From a virus (taxonomy: Duplodnaviria; Caudoviricetes), in IMG/VR virus record IMGVR_UViG_3300017707_000095, positions 1 through 29,468 of that record: a DNA stretch of 29,468 bases; one strand, written 5' to 3'. The notes under the pieces are model-generated. The model saw nothing but the letters and a program-made list of their open reading frames with translations. It was not told the DNA's origin and did no database searches. Positions 7,394 through 15,474 of the stretch are shown in pieces. A program made the translations under genes and the position numbers. Numbering within the stretch: the stretch's first letter is position 1; every line of letters begins with the position of its first letter.

Positions 7394-7558
7394 ATGGCAG
7401 ATAAACCTTTTTGGGAGCAAAAAGCTCCGAAAGATGCTAAAGTGAAGCATCTGAGCCGCAAAGAAATTCAATCAGCTAAGGCGAGGGCAAGAGCCGCAGG
7501 GCGGCCTTATCCGAACTTGGTTGATAATGCAGCGGTAGCCCGCAACAAGGGGAAGTGA
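7394..7558 (+). CDS. Small basic hypothetical protein (54 aa, absent from the ORF track)
   Basis: MADKPFWEQK...AKARARAAGRPYPNLVDNAAVARNKGK; fills the gap exactly, with 1-nt spacers to both neighbours. Confidence 0.75.
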   Translation: MADKPFWEQKAPKDAKVKHLSRKEIQSAKARARAAGRPYPNLVDNAAVARNKGK

Positions 7559-7559
7559 A

Positions 7560-7880
7560 ATGCAGTATAAAGACCTTGTTAAAACCGGAACTGGCCGCAG
7601 CGCTATCTGTGTTGTTGATGACTTCCAGACGCCATTCAATGTTGGTATCGCTGTTTCGCTTGCTGCGACTGCGACTTTCACCGTTGAATATTCGCTGGAT
7701 GATCCGAACGCTGCTGGTTATTCCCCTGCAACGGCATCTTGGTATGTCGCATCCGGCTTTACATCTGGCTCGACCGCAATCGCAGGCGCATTGACAGTCC
7801 CTTGCCGTGCAATCAGCCTAAATGTTAGTGCAAGCACTGGCGCGGTGACGGCTAAGATTGTTCAGGCTGGTCCTGCCTAA
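7560..7880 (+). CDS. Small beta-rich putative virion protein
   Basis: 106 aa; PFNVGIAV, FTVEYSLDDP, PCRAISLNV; AAGGGG upstream. Confidence 0.7.
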   Translation: MQYKDLVKTGTGRSAICVVDDFQTPFNVGIAVSLAATATFTVEYSLDDPNAAGYSPATASWYVASGFTSGSTAIAGALTVPCRAISLNVSASTGAVTAKIVQAGPA

Positions 7881-7892
7881 TAGGAGAGCCGC

Positions 7893-8585
7893 ATGGCTAG
7901 TAGCGGCACATACACGTTCAACCCTGGCTTGGGTGAGCTAACGCTGTATGCGTATAACCTTATCGGTATACGCAATACGGCTGTTTTGCAGGAACATATG
8001 GAAGCTGCCCGCATGGCTTCCAACATGATGCTGGCGCGGTGGTCTAATCAGGGCGTCAACTTGTGGGCTGTTGATCTTGTCACGACCGCACTTGTGACTG
8101 ATCAAGCTACATATCCAGTTGATGCTAATACGGTGATGATCCTGGATGCCTATGTCGTTAATGACGACAGTGGTGCTAACATTGACCGTATTATTCTCCC
8201 AATCAGCCGCACTGAATACGCAAGCTATCCAAACAAGGAACAACAGGGCTTTCCTACTGTTTTTTGGTTTGATCGTCTGCTAAACCCAACGGTGACTTTG
8301 TGGCCCGTCCCGAACACGGACAATGGCCCACAGTCTCTCAAATACTACCGCGTTCGTCGTTTGCAGGATTCAGGCTTGCAAAACGGCCAGCAAGTAGAAA
8401 TTCCGTATCTGTGGCTTGAGGCGTTTGCGTATGGACTGGCCTATCGTCTGGCTCAAATTTGGGCTCCTGCTATTGCGCAGACGATTAAGCCTATGGCTGA
8501 TGAATCGTATCAGATCGCAGCAGACCAGAACGTGGAACAGGCCCAACAGTATATCTCGCCTATGATCTCTGGCTATTATAGGTGA
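7893..8585 (+). CDS. Putative head-tail adaptor (P22 gp4 / T7 gp11-like position and size)
   Basis: 230 aa; helical N-terminus, WSNQGVNLW, ISRTEYASYPNK..QG.P...WFDR, LWPVP, AFAYGLAYRLA pattern. Confidence 0.6.
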   Translation: MASSGTYTFNPGLGELTLYAYNLIGIRNTAVLQEHMEAARMASNMMLARWSNQGVNLWAVDLVTTALVTDQATYPVDANTVMILDAYVVNDDSGANIDRIILPISRTEYASYPNKEQQGFPTVFWFDRLLNPTVTLWPVPNTDNGPQSLKYYRVRRLQDSGLQNGQQVEIPYLWLEAFAYGLAYRLAQIWAPAIAQTIKPMADESYQIAADQNVEQAQQYISPMISGYYR

Positions 8586-8588
8586 TAG

Positions 8589-9323
8589 ATGGGATACGCA
8601 TCACGGTCAGGACGAGCTAAAACAGACCCTCGCAACCCAAGGGCGTTTGCGATCTGTGACCGTTGTGCGTTGTGGTACAACCATCATCAGCTTAAGTGGC
8701 AGTATGATTGGGCTGGTGCATCGCTAATTAACAAGCGCATTCTGGTTTGCGATACGTGCTATGACGAACCGCAAAACCAACTTCGTGCGATTGTTTTGCC
8801 GGCTGATCCTGTGCCGATTATCAATCCGCGTGTGGAACCATACGCATGGGATGAAATAGATCGTCGTCAGTTGTCTGGCTATAATGCTGTCAGCCCAACG
8901 ACTGGTATCCCGATCCAGCAAGGCGACACGCGCGTCACATCGGAAAACAATCTTCCGACAGAAGACAAGCGCGTCACCCAGCAAACGGGTGCAGCTTCAG
9001 GTTCACTGAACGAGAAACCCGGCACTGACCCGAATGCGGTGACGTATCGTGACATCCTGAATGTTGCGAACAATGGCATTGGAATTATCCGTGTCACTGT
9101 GAACAACACAAATGGCATGATTACGGGGCAGAAGGTGACTGTGCAGGATGTCACTGGTGTGCCTAATGCCAATGGTGACTTCACAATTACTGTTGTGAAC
9201 ACCTCCCAATTTGAGCTTCAGAATGCGCTCTTCACCGGCACTTATACTGGCGGGGGTTATGTCATTAATAACCCAGCGTTGCCGTATCAGTTTGCTGAAG
9301 TGCCTAAAACGGGGCCGCTGTGA
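8589..9323 (+). CDS. Hypothetical virion protein with two CxxC motifs and a C-terminal FCCH-like beta domain
   Basis: AICDRC and LVCDTCYD; C-terminal NGMITGQKVTVQDVTG...ANGDFTITVV. Confidence 0.7.
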   Translation: MGYASRSGRAKTDPRNPRAFAICDRCALWYNHHQLKWQYDWAGASLINKRILVCDTCYDEPQNQLRAIVLPADPVPIINPRVEPYAWDEIDRRQLSGYNAVSPTTGIPIQQGDTRVTSENNLPTEDKRVTQQTGAASGSLNEKPGTDPNAVTYRDILNVANNGIGIIRVTVNNTNGMITGQKVTVQDVTGVPNANGDFTITVVNTSQFELQNALFTGTYTGGGYVINNPALPYQFAEVPKTGPL

Positions 9324-9598
9324 TGCCAAGGTACGCCAGTAATATCCAAATCCCCAATCTTCCGGTTGCTATCTCATTGAATGGCACGGAACAGGTTGAG
9401 ATCGTTCAGGCTGGAACTTCAGCACGGACAACTACCCAAGCCATCGCAAATCTGGCTCAGATTACCACCGCGCCAAACTACACAACGGCACAGAAAAATG
9501 CCTTGTCGGTTAATACCGGTGCAGTTGTATTTGACACGACATTGCAGAAGCTTTGCGTCTATACTGCCACTGGTTGGCAGACAATTACGTCAGTGTGA
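9323..9598 (+). CDS. Short fibre-like protein
   Basis: TGATG coupling at 9321-9325; N-terminus similar to that of the collagen protein; C-terminal TTAQKNAL...GAVVFDTT..KLCVY....WQ fibre motif. Confidence 0.75.
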   Translation: MPRYASNIQIPNLPVAISLNGTEQVEIVQAGTSARTTTQAIANLAQITTAPNYTTAQKNALSVNTGAVVFDTTLQKLCVYTATGWQTITSV

Positions 9599-9601
9599 CG
9601 C

Positions 9602-11323
9602 ATGGCAAATGCTCAGATTCCCGGACTCCCAGTAGCAACTTCTCTGTCAGGAACAGAAGAGCTTGAGATTGTTCAGGCTGGCGTATCTCGTCGCACGACT
9701 ACTGGCGCGGTTTCTGGCCTTACCCCTGGCCCTACCGGCCCAACTGGCACCCCCGGATTAACTGGTCCCACAGGACCCACTGGTCAGACAGGAGCTACCG
9801 GGCCGCAAGGTGACGTTGGTCCTACCGGCCCTGGCGGTCCTACCGGGTCAACTGGTTCTGTTGGGCCTACGGGTCCTACGGGTCCAACTGGCCCCACAGG
9901 TGCTGCCTCTACAGTTCCGGGTCCTACCGGCCCTACTGGCCCCACGGGACCAACTGGACCAACCGGCCCGACCGGACCCACCGGACCTACTGGTGCTCAG
10001 GGTGATATTGGGCCTACCGGGCCAACTGGGCCTACGGGAAATCCCGGTCCTGTTGGACCTACCGGACCCACGGGGCCGCAGGGTGATGTCGGACCTACTG
10101 GGCCTACCGGACCTACCGGTCCGCAAGGCGTGGTCGGGCCAACGGGTCCAACCGGGCCTACCGGCGATCAGGGTATTCAGGGCATCCAAGGTCCGACCGG
10201 ACCTACGGGACCAACAGGCGATACTGGGCCGACCGGACCTACGGGTGACATCGGACCAACGGGTCCGACTGGCGCGGCATCTACGGTTGCTGGCCCGACT
10301 GGTCCCACAGGTCCGCAGGGAACATCATCTAATCTGTTCCTGTACCGCGCCAATACAGCGGCGACTAGCGGTTATCCGGGTGATGGTGACATCATTTGGA
10401 ACAACGCTACGCAGACCAGCGCAACCTCAATTAATGTCAGCCATCTGACTGACAACAACATTGACGTTGATATTTTCTTGGCGTTGCTCACCGACACAGA
10501 GCAATTCGTCATTCAAAGCCAAACAGTCAGTAGCGATAATCAGGTTTGGCAGATCAACGGGACGCCAACTGTTTTTAACCCCGGCACAGCTACGGCTTAC
10601 TGGTCGTATCCGGTTACGCTGGTTTCATCTTCTGGCGTGGGAACAACTGGTTTTGCGAACACTGCGCCATTGTTCTTGGCGCTGGTGAATGGCGTTTCTG
10701 GTCCGACCGGACCTTTGGGGCCAACCGGCCCGACCGGTCCAACCGGGGATATCGGGCCAACCGGTCCTACTGGACCCACCGGCTCGGCAAGCACGGTCCC
10801 CGGCCCCACAGGGCCAACCGGAGACATCGGCCCGACTGGCCCCACAGGCGCGCCTGGTTATATCGGCATGGATGGACCGACAGGTCCGACCGGCCCGACC
10901 GGAAACCCAGGTCCTGCTGGCCCAACCGGGCCTACCGGGCCACAGGGTAATGTTGGTCCTACGGGGCCGACTGGGCCGACTGGTCCGCAGGGTGTTCAGG
11001 GAAATGCTGGGCCTACTGGGCCTACGGGAACGGCTGGAGGCACTGGACCGACTGGCCCAACTGGTCCAACTGGTCCTCAAGGTGATCCTTCTACTGTTGC
11101 CGGACCTACTGGCCCCACTGGTCCGACTGGAAGTACCGGACCAACTGGTTCAATCTACCCAACAGGTGGATCGCCGGATCGTATTTTCTATGAGAATCAG
11201 ACAACGATTACTCAGAACTATACGGTCAGCACAAACTACAATGCTGGTACGTTTGGCCCAGTGACGATCAACGCTGGCGCGGTAATTACAATTCCATCGG
11301 GTAGTGTGTGGACTATCGTGTAA
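9602..11323 (+). CDS. Collagen-like fibre protein (Gly-Pro-Thr repeats)
   Basis: Two long G-X-Y tracts (about 9725-10320 and 10700-11150) dominated by GPT, flanking a non-collagen domain. Confidence 0.92.
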   Translation: MANAQIPGLPVATSLSGTEELEIVQAGVSRRTTTGAVSGLTPGPTGPTGTPGLTGPTGPTGQTGATGPQGDVGPTGPGGPTGSTGSVGPTGPTGPTGPTGAASTVPGPTGPTGPTGPTGPTGPTGPTGPTGAQGDIGPTGPTGPTGNPGPVGPTGPTGPQGDVGPTGPTGPTGPQGVVGPTGPTGPTGDQGIQGIQGPTGPTGPTGDTGPTGPTGDIGPTGPTGAASTVAGPTGPTGPQGTSSNLFLYRANTAATSGYPGDGDIIWNNATQTSATSINVSHLTDNNIDVDIFLALLTDTEQFVIQSQTVSSDNQVWQINGTPTVFNPGTATAYWSYPVTLVSSSGVGTTGFANTAPLFLALVNGVSGPTGPLGPTGPTGPTGDIGPTGPTGPTGSASTVPGPTGPTGDIGPTGPTGAPGYIGMDGPTGPTGPTGNPGPAGPTGPTGPQGNVGPTGPTGPTGPQGVQGNAGPTGPTGTAGGTGPTGPTGPTGPQGDPSTVAGPTGPTGPTGSTGPTGSIYPTGGSPDRIFYENQTTITQNYTVSTNYNAGTFGPVTINAGAVITIPSGSVWTIV

Positions 11324-11345
11324 GTAGGCATCAAGGGGGATTTCA

Positions 11346-12938
11346 ATGCCTAGTAGCGACATCAAGGGCAAACTCCAAATTCAGGAGTTTGTCCGACAGC
11401 ACAAACATGATCGTATTCTTGATATTGGCTGTGGCGAAGGAACATACGCAAAGTTGTTCCCTGAATCTCACATGACAGGCGTAGAGATTTGGAAGCCATA
11501 TGTTGATCAATACAATCTAAACGATCTGTACTCTGAGCTTCACAACGTAGATGCGCGCTTCTGGGAGCCAGAAGAACAGCGTTGGGATGTGGCTATTGCT
11601 GGCGATGTGCTTGAGCATATGTCTGAAGAGGAAGCCAAGCGTCTTTTTGACAAGCTGCGGCTGTGTGCAGATTTAGTCATCGTCTCTATTCCATTTAACA
11701 TGGAACAAGGCGCATGGGGCGGCAACCCTTATGAACGTCATGTCAAAGATGATTGGACGCATGAAGAAGTAAAGCGCGTCTTTGGTGATCCTGAATGGTG
11801 TCACATTGATCATCCTATTGGGGCCTATGCTTGGCGGGGTAAAGCTAAAGAGCGCCTGAAGATTTGCGTGTATGCGATCAGCAAGAATGAAGCGCATTTT
11901 GTGCAGCGGTTCTGCGAGTCTGCTAAAGATGCTGACATGGTTCTTATCGCAGATACGGGGTCAACAGATGGACTTCCTGACGAAGCTCTCAAGTATGGTG
12001 CTACCGTTCACCATATCTGCATCACTCCATGGCGCTTTGATCTGGCTCGTAATGCCGCTTTAGCGCTTATCCCACGTGACATGGATGTCTGTATCTCATT
12101 GGATATTGACGAAGTTCTTCAACCGGGATGGCGCGAAGAGATTGAGCGTGTGTGGAAGAAGGGTGAGACAACCCGCTTGCGTTACATGTTTGACTGGGGT
12201 TGCGGCATTCAATTCTATTATGAGAAAATCCATGCGCGTCACGGCTATATGTGGCACCACCCGTGCCATGAATACCCCATCCCAGATGGTCGTATCACAG
12301 AGGTCTGGGCGCAGACGGATATGCTTTTGGCTGTCCACTACCCAGACCCCACAAAGTCTCGCGGCCAGTACATGGACTTGCTTGAATTGTCCGTTAGGGA
12401 GGACCCGGAATGCCCCCGGAATGCCTTCTACTACGCCCGCGAGTTGAGCTTTCATGGTCGTTGGCGAGAAGCCATTGAGGCTTGCGAAAAGTATCTAAAG
12501 CTGCCCCGCGCCACATGGATGAATGAGCGCTGCTATGCCTACCGTGTCATGGGCCGGTGCTACAATGATTTGGGTGAGCCTTGGAACGCTGAAAAGGCAT
12601 TCCAAATGGCTGCATCCGAAGCGCCAGATACCCGTGAGCCATGGTGTGAACTTGCAATGCTCATGTATCGGCAACATCGCTGGGAAGAGTGCTTTGCCTA
12701 TGCCATGCGCGCTTTGCGGATTACGGATAGACTGAAGGTTTATACCTGTGATCCTCTGGTTTGGGGGTTCCAGCCCCATGATTTGGCGAGTATTGCAGCT
12801 TGGCATCTGGGCCTCCATCAGAAAGCTCTAGAACAGGCAAAAATTGCTCATGAAATGGAGCCTAATGATCTTCGCTTGAAGCAAAACCTAGAGTATATTC
12901 AGCGAGCTATTGAGGGGGACAAACAAGAGGCGGCTTAA
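11346..12938 (+). CDS. Fusion: class I SAM-methyltransferase-like domain + GT2 glycosyltransferase + TPR repeats
   Basis: ILDIGCGEG, GVEIW, GDVLEHM; then KICVYAISKNE, DTGSTDG, FDLARN, SLDIDE (DxD); C-terminal helical repeats (FYYAREL...AIEACEKYL). Confidence 0.88.
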   Translation: MPSSDIKGKLQIQEFVRQHKHDRILDIGCGEGTYAKLFPESHMTGVEIWKPYVDQYNLNDLYSELHNVDARFWEPEEQRWDVAIAGDVLEHMSEEEAKRLFDKLRLCADLVIVSIPFNMEQGAWGGNPYERHVKDDWTHEEVKRVFGDPEWCHIDHPIGAYAWRGKAKERLKICVYAISKNEAHFVQRFCESAKDADMVLIADTGSTDGLPDEALKYGATVHHICITPWRFDLARNAALALIPRDMDVCISLDIDEVLQPGWREEIERVWKKGETTRLRYMFDWGCGIQFYYEKIHARHGYMWHHPCHEYPIPDGRITEVWAQTDMLLAVHYPDPTKSRGQYMDLLELSVREDPECPRNAFYYARELSFHGRWREAIEACEKYLKLPRATWMNERCYAYRVMGRCYNDLGEPWNAEKAFQMAASEAPDTREPWCELAMLMYRQHRWEECFAYAMRALRITDRLKVYTCDPLVWGFQPHDLASIAAWHLGLHQKALEQAKIAHEMEPNDLRLKQNLEYIQRAIEGDKQEAA

Positions 12939-13193
12939 ATGGATGGGCAGACCCTTATCAATGCGGCTTTCGGCATTATTCTAGCTGGTGGTGGTTGGTT
13001 TGCCCGTGAGCTTTGGGGTGCGGTTAAAGAACTGCGGAACGACATCCATAAATTGGAGGTCGATCTGCCCAGCAATTACATCCGCCGAGATGAGTTCCAA
13101 GAAGGTATCAAAGAACTTAAAGACATCTGCCGTCAAATTTTTGACAAGGTGGACAGTCTTGAAAAACGAAAGGCTGACAAGAATGGACTATGA
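12939..13193 (+). CDS. Small membrane protein with coiled coil (possible holin or lysis accessory)
   Basis: N-terminal hydrophobic helix (LINAAFGIILAGGGWFA) followed by heptads; first gene of the lysis cluster. Confidence 0.6.
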   Translation: MDGQTLINAAFGIILAGGGWFARELWGAVKELRNDIHKLEVDLPSNYIRRDEFQEGIKELKDICRQIFDKVDSLEKRKADKNGL

Positions 13194-13650
13194 CAACATA
13201 ACCAAGCCAATTGCAGTGGCGACCGCTTTGATGAGTGCGGTTGGCGGGGGTTATGCGCTTGTCGATAAGTTTGGTTGGCTGAAAAAGGATGTTTTGAAGT
13301 GGCATGCTGACCATTTCGAAATTTCAAATGGCCCTGCTTCCGAGCCATTTAGGGTCATAGTAGCAAGGCAAAAAATTCGGGATGATTGTTCAGTTGAAGA
13401 CTTCACACTTGAGGTGCGAGATTCTAACTACATCGTCCACCGGGCAACGCCATCTGTCGTTAAGTTTTCTGGTCCTGCCAGCCATAACGTAGATAAGCTT
13501 GGCTATACAATGACCATAGAAAACCCGGAGAAAGTGGCGCTTGGCGAGGCTAAACTCCTTGCTAGGATAGTGTACAAATGCCCAGAAGGGACTACGATTA
13601 TTTCGTACCCGGATCACAAAAATCTAACCTTCAAAGTGGAGAGCAAATGA
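13183..13650 (+). CDS. Hypothetical protein with an N-terminal membrane anchor and two Cys
   Basis: ATG at 13183 overlapping the upstream stop region (preferred over GTG 12988); PIAVATALMSAVGGGYALV then a soluble beta domain. Confidence 0.6.
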   Translation: MDYDNITKPIAVATALMSAVGGGYALVDKFGWLKKDVLKWHADHFEISNGPASEPFRVIVARQKIRDDCSVEDFTLEVRDSNYIVHRATPSVVKFSGPASHNVDKLGYTMTIENPEKVALGEAKLLARIVYKCPEGTTIISYPDHKNLTFKVESK

Positions 13651-14171
13651 TGGACCTTTTGAAAACATTTGGCCCTCTGCTTGGTCAGGTAGCTCCTACT
13701 CTTGCCACGGCTCTCGGTGGCCCTTTGGCGGGGATGGCGGTTAAGACACTTTCTAACGTGCTTTTGGGCCATGAAAATGGCTCTGAGGATGATGTGAAGG
13801 TGGCTTTAGAAAATGCCTCGCCAGAGACATTGGCCCAGCTTAAGCAAATTGATGCGGATTTTAAAGTTCGCATGAAAGAACTGGACATTGATCTTGAGCG
13901 CATTGCCGCTGGTGATCGTGATAGCGCCCGTAAGATGCAGGCCGCGACTCAGGATTGGGTGCCTCGCATGCTTGCGCTTCTGATTACAGTTGGGTTCTTT
14001 GGTATCCTTGTATGGATGCTTATGAAGGGAATGCCCCAGACTGGCACAGAAGCACTGTTGATGATGCTCGGTGCCTTGGGAACAGCTTGGACTGGAGTGA
14101 TCAACTTCTATTACGGCTCCAGCGCCGGGTCTAAGGAAAAGAACAGCCTCATTGCAAATAAGGACAAGTGA
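13647..14171 (+). CDS. Holin-like protein (3TM, gene-transfer-release type)
   Basis: GGAG then ATGATG at 13647; APTLATALGGPLAG, DRDSARKMQ, two clear TM segments, NFYYGSSAGS; adjacent to the endolysin. Confidence 0.78.
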   Translation: MMDLLKTFGPLLGQVAPTLATALGGPLAGMAVKTLSNVLLGHENGSEDDVKVALENASPETLAQLKQIDADFKVRMKELDIDLERIAAGDRDSARKMQAATQDWVPRMLALLITVGFFGILVWMLMKGMPQTGTEALLMMLGALGTAWTGVINFYYGSSAGSKEKNSLIANKDK

Positions 14172-14173
14172 TC

Positions 14174-14695
14174 ATGGCGGCGGAAAACTGGGAAAAGTGC
14201 TTTGAAATGGTTCTCAAGCACGAAGGGGGATACGTCAACCATCCGAAAGACCCCGGTGGCCGCACCAATCTTGGTGTCACCCAAAGGGCGTGGGAAGAGT
14301 ATGTGGGACGCTCGGTTGATGAGGCTGAGATGCGATCCCTTACCCCTGAAAAGGTTAAGCCGTTCTACAAATCCCGTTATTGGGATCGGATTAAGGGCGA
14401 CGATCTGCCTTCTGGTGTGGACTATGCTGCTTATGATCTTGCTGTGAACAGCGGCGTGGGCCGGGCTGCAAAGTATCTCCAATCCATCGCTGGGGTGCCA
14501 TCTGATGGCATTATTGGCCCGAAATCTCTGGCTGCCATCAAGGATTGCCCTGCCGATGAGATGGTTGATGCCATGTGCGGTATGCGGCTGGAGTTCCTGA
14601 AAGCTCTGCCGACTTGGGACACTTTTGGTAAGGGCTGGGGACGCCGTGTGGCAGAGGTTGAAGAAAAGGCAACAGAGATGGCAAAAACCGCCTGA
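14174..14695 (+). CDS. Endolysin, glycoside hydrolase family 108 with C-terminal PG-binding domain
   Basis: HEGGYVNHPKDPGGRTNLGVT, YWD, D.AVNSGVGRA, DGIIGPKS, FGKGWGRRV. Confidence 0.93.
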   Translation: MAAENWEKCFEMVLKHEGGYVNHPKDPGGRTNLGVTQRAWEEYVGRSVDEAEMRSLTPEKVKPFYKSRYWDRIKGDDLPSGVDYAAYDLAVNSGVGRAAKYLQSIAGVPSDGIIGPKSLAAIKDCPADEMVDAMCGMRLEFLKALPTWDTFGKGWGRRVAEVEEKATEMAKTA

Positions 14696-14716
14696 TAGTG
14701 GTAAGTTCAGGCGGTT
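14686..14716 (+). promoter_or_regulatory. Perfect 10-bp inverted repeat overlapping a possible promoter
   Basis: AACCGCCTGA / TCAGGCGGTT with 11-nt loop; TGGCAA (14679) - 17 nt - TAAGTT (14702) with TGn extension. Confidence 0.4.
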
Positions 14717-14730
14717 AGCGGAGTTCTGAC

Positions 14731-15471
14731 ATGACAACTGGCCTTAGCTATGCAGGCACTGTAGCTGGCACAAATAGCTACATTGATCAGATTGCCACTA
14801 TGGCCGTTGTCCAAGTGAACGATCCTGCTTACGTAACGATCCTGCCGCAGATGATTACATACGCTGAAAACCGTATGTATCGTGATCTGGACTTCCTGTT
14901 CACATCTGTCTCAAACACCAGTTATGCCTGCACGATTGGCAGCCGCAGCATTGCGGTTCCGGCAGGCACCTTTGTGGTGCCGGAACAGATCAACATCATC
15001 ACCCCGGCTGGGACGACTAATCCCGATAACGGAACCCGCGTCCCGTTGCTCCCAACGACCAAAGAGTTTTTGGATGCTTGCTACGGGTCTGGTTTGTCTG
15101 CAAATCGTGGTGTGCCGCAGTATTTTGCGCCGTTTGACGACTTTACGTTCCTGATTGGACCGTATCCTGACGCAGCCTATCAAGTAGAGATTGTCGGAAC
15201 TATTCGCCCCGCCAGCTTGTCTGCAACGAATACCACGACATTCATCAGCCTGTATTTGCCTGATCTCTTCATCATGGCGAGCATGATCTATGTTAGCGCC
15301 TACCAGCGCAACTTTGGCCGCGCTAATGATGACCCGCAAATGGCTGTCTCTTACGAGAGCCAATATCAGGCATTGCTCAAATCGGCTCTCATGGAAGAAA
15401 ACAGGAAGAAGTTTGAAGCGGCTGCATGGTCGTCTCAATCCCCGTCCGTTGTCGCTACACCGACGAGGTAA
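14731..15471 (+). CDS. Second adaptor-like / tail tubular protein
   Basis: 246 aa; ITYAENRMYRDL, G.PQYFA, IGPYPD..Y.VEI, YLPDLFIMASM; directly upstream of the nozzle-like gene. Confidence 0.6.
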   Translation: MTTGLSYAGTVAGTNSYIDQIATMAVVQVNDPAYVTILPQMITYAENRMYRDLDFLFTSVSNTSYACTIGSRSIAVPAGTFVVPEQINIITPAGTTNPDNGTRVPLLPTTKEFLDACYGSGLSANRGVPQYFAPFDDFTFLIGPYPDAAYQVEIVGTIRPASLSATNTTTFISLYLPDLFIMASMIYVSAYQRNFGRANDDPQMAVSYESQYQALLKSALMEENRKKFEAAAWSSQSPSVVATPTR

Positions 15472-15474
15472 TCC

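Noticed and set aside
9725-11150. Dense 9-nt periodic repeats that could be mistaken for a CRISPR array or satellite
   Set aside because: Variation falls at third codon positions of Gly-Pro-Thr triplets, so this is a coding collagen repeat; there are no unique spacers. The antisense GPV ORFs are its mirror.
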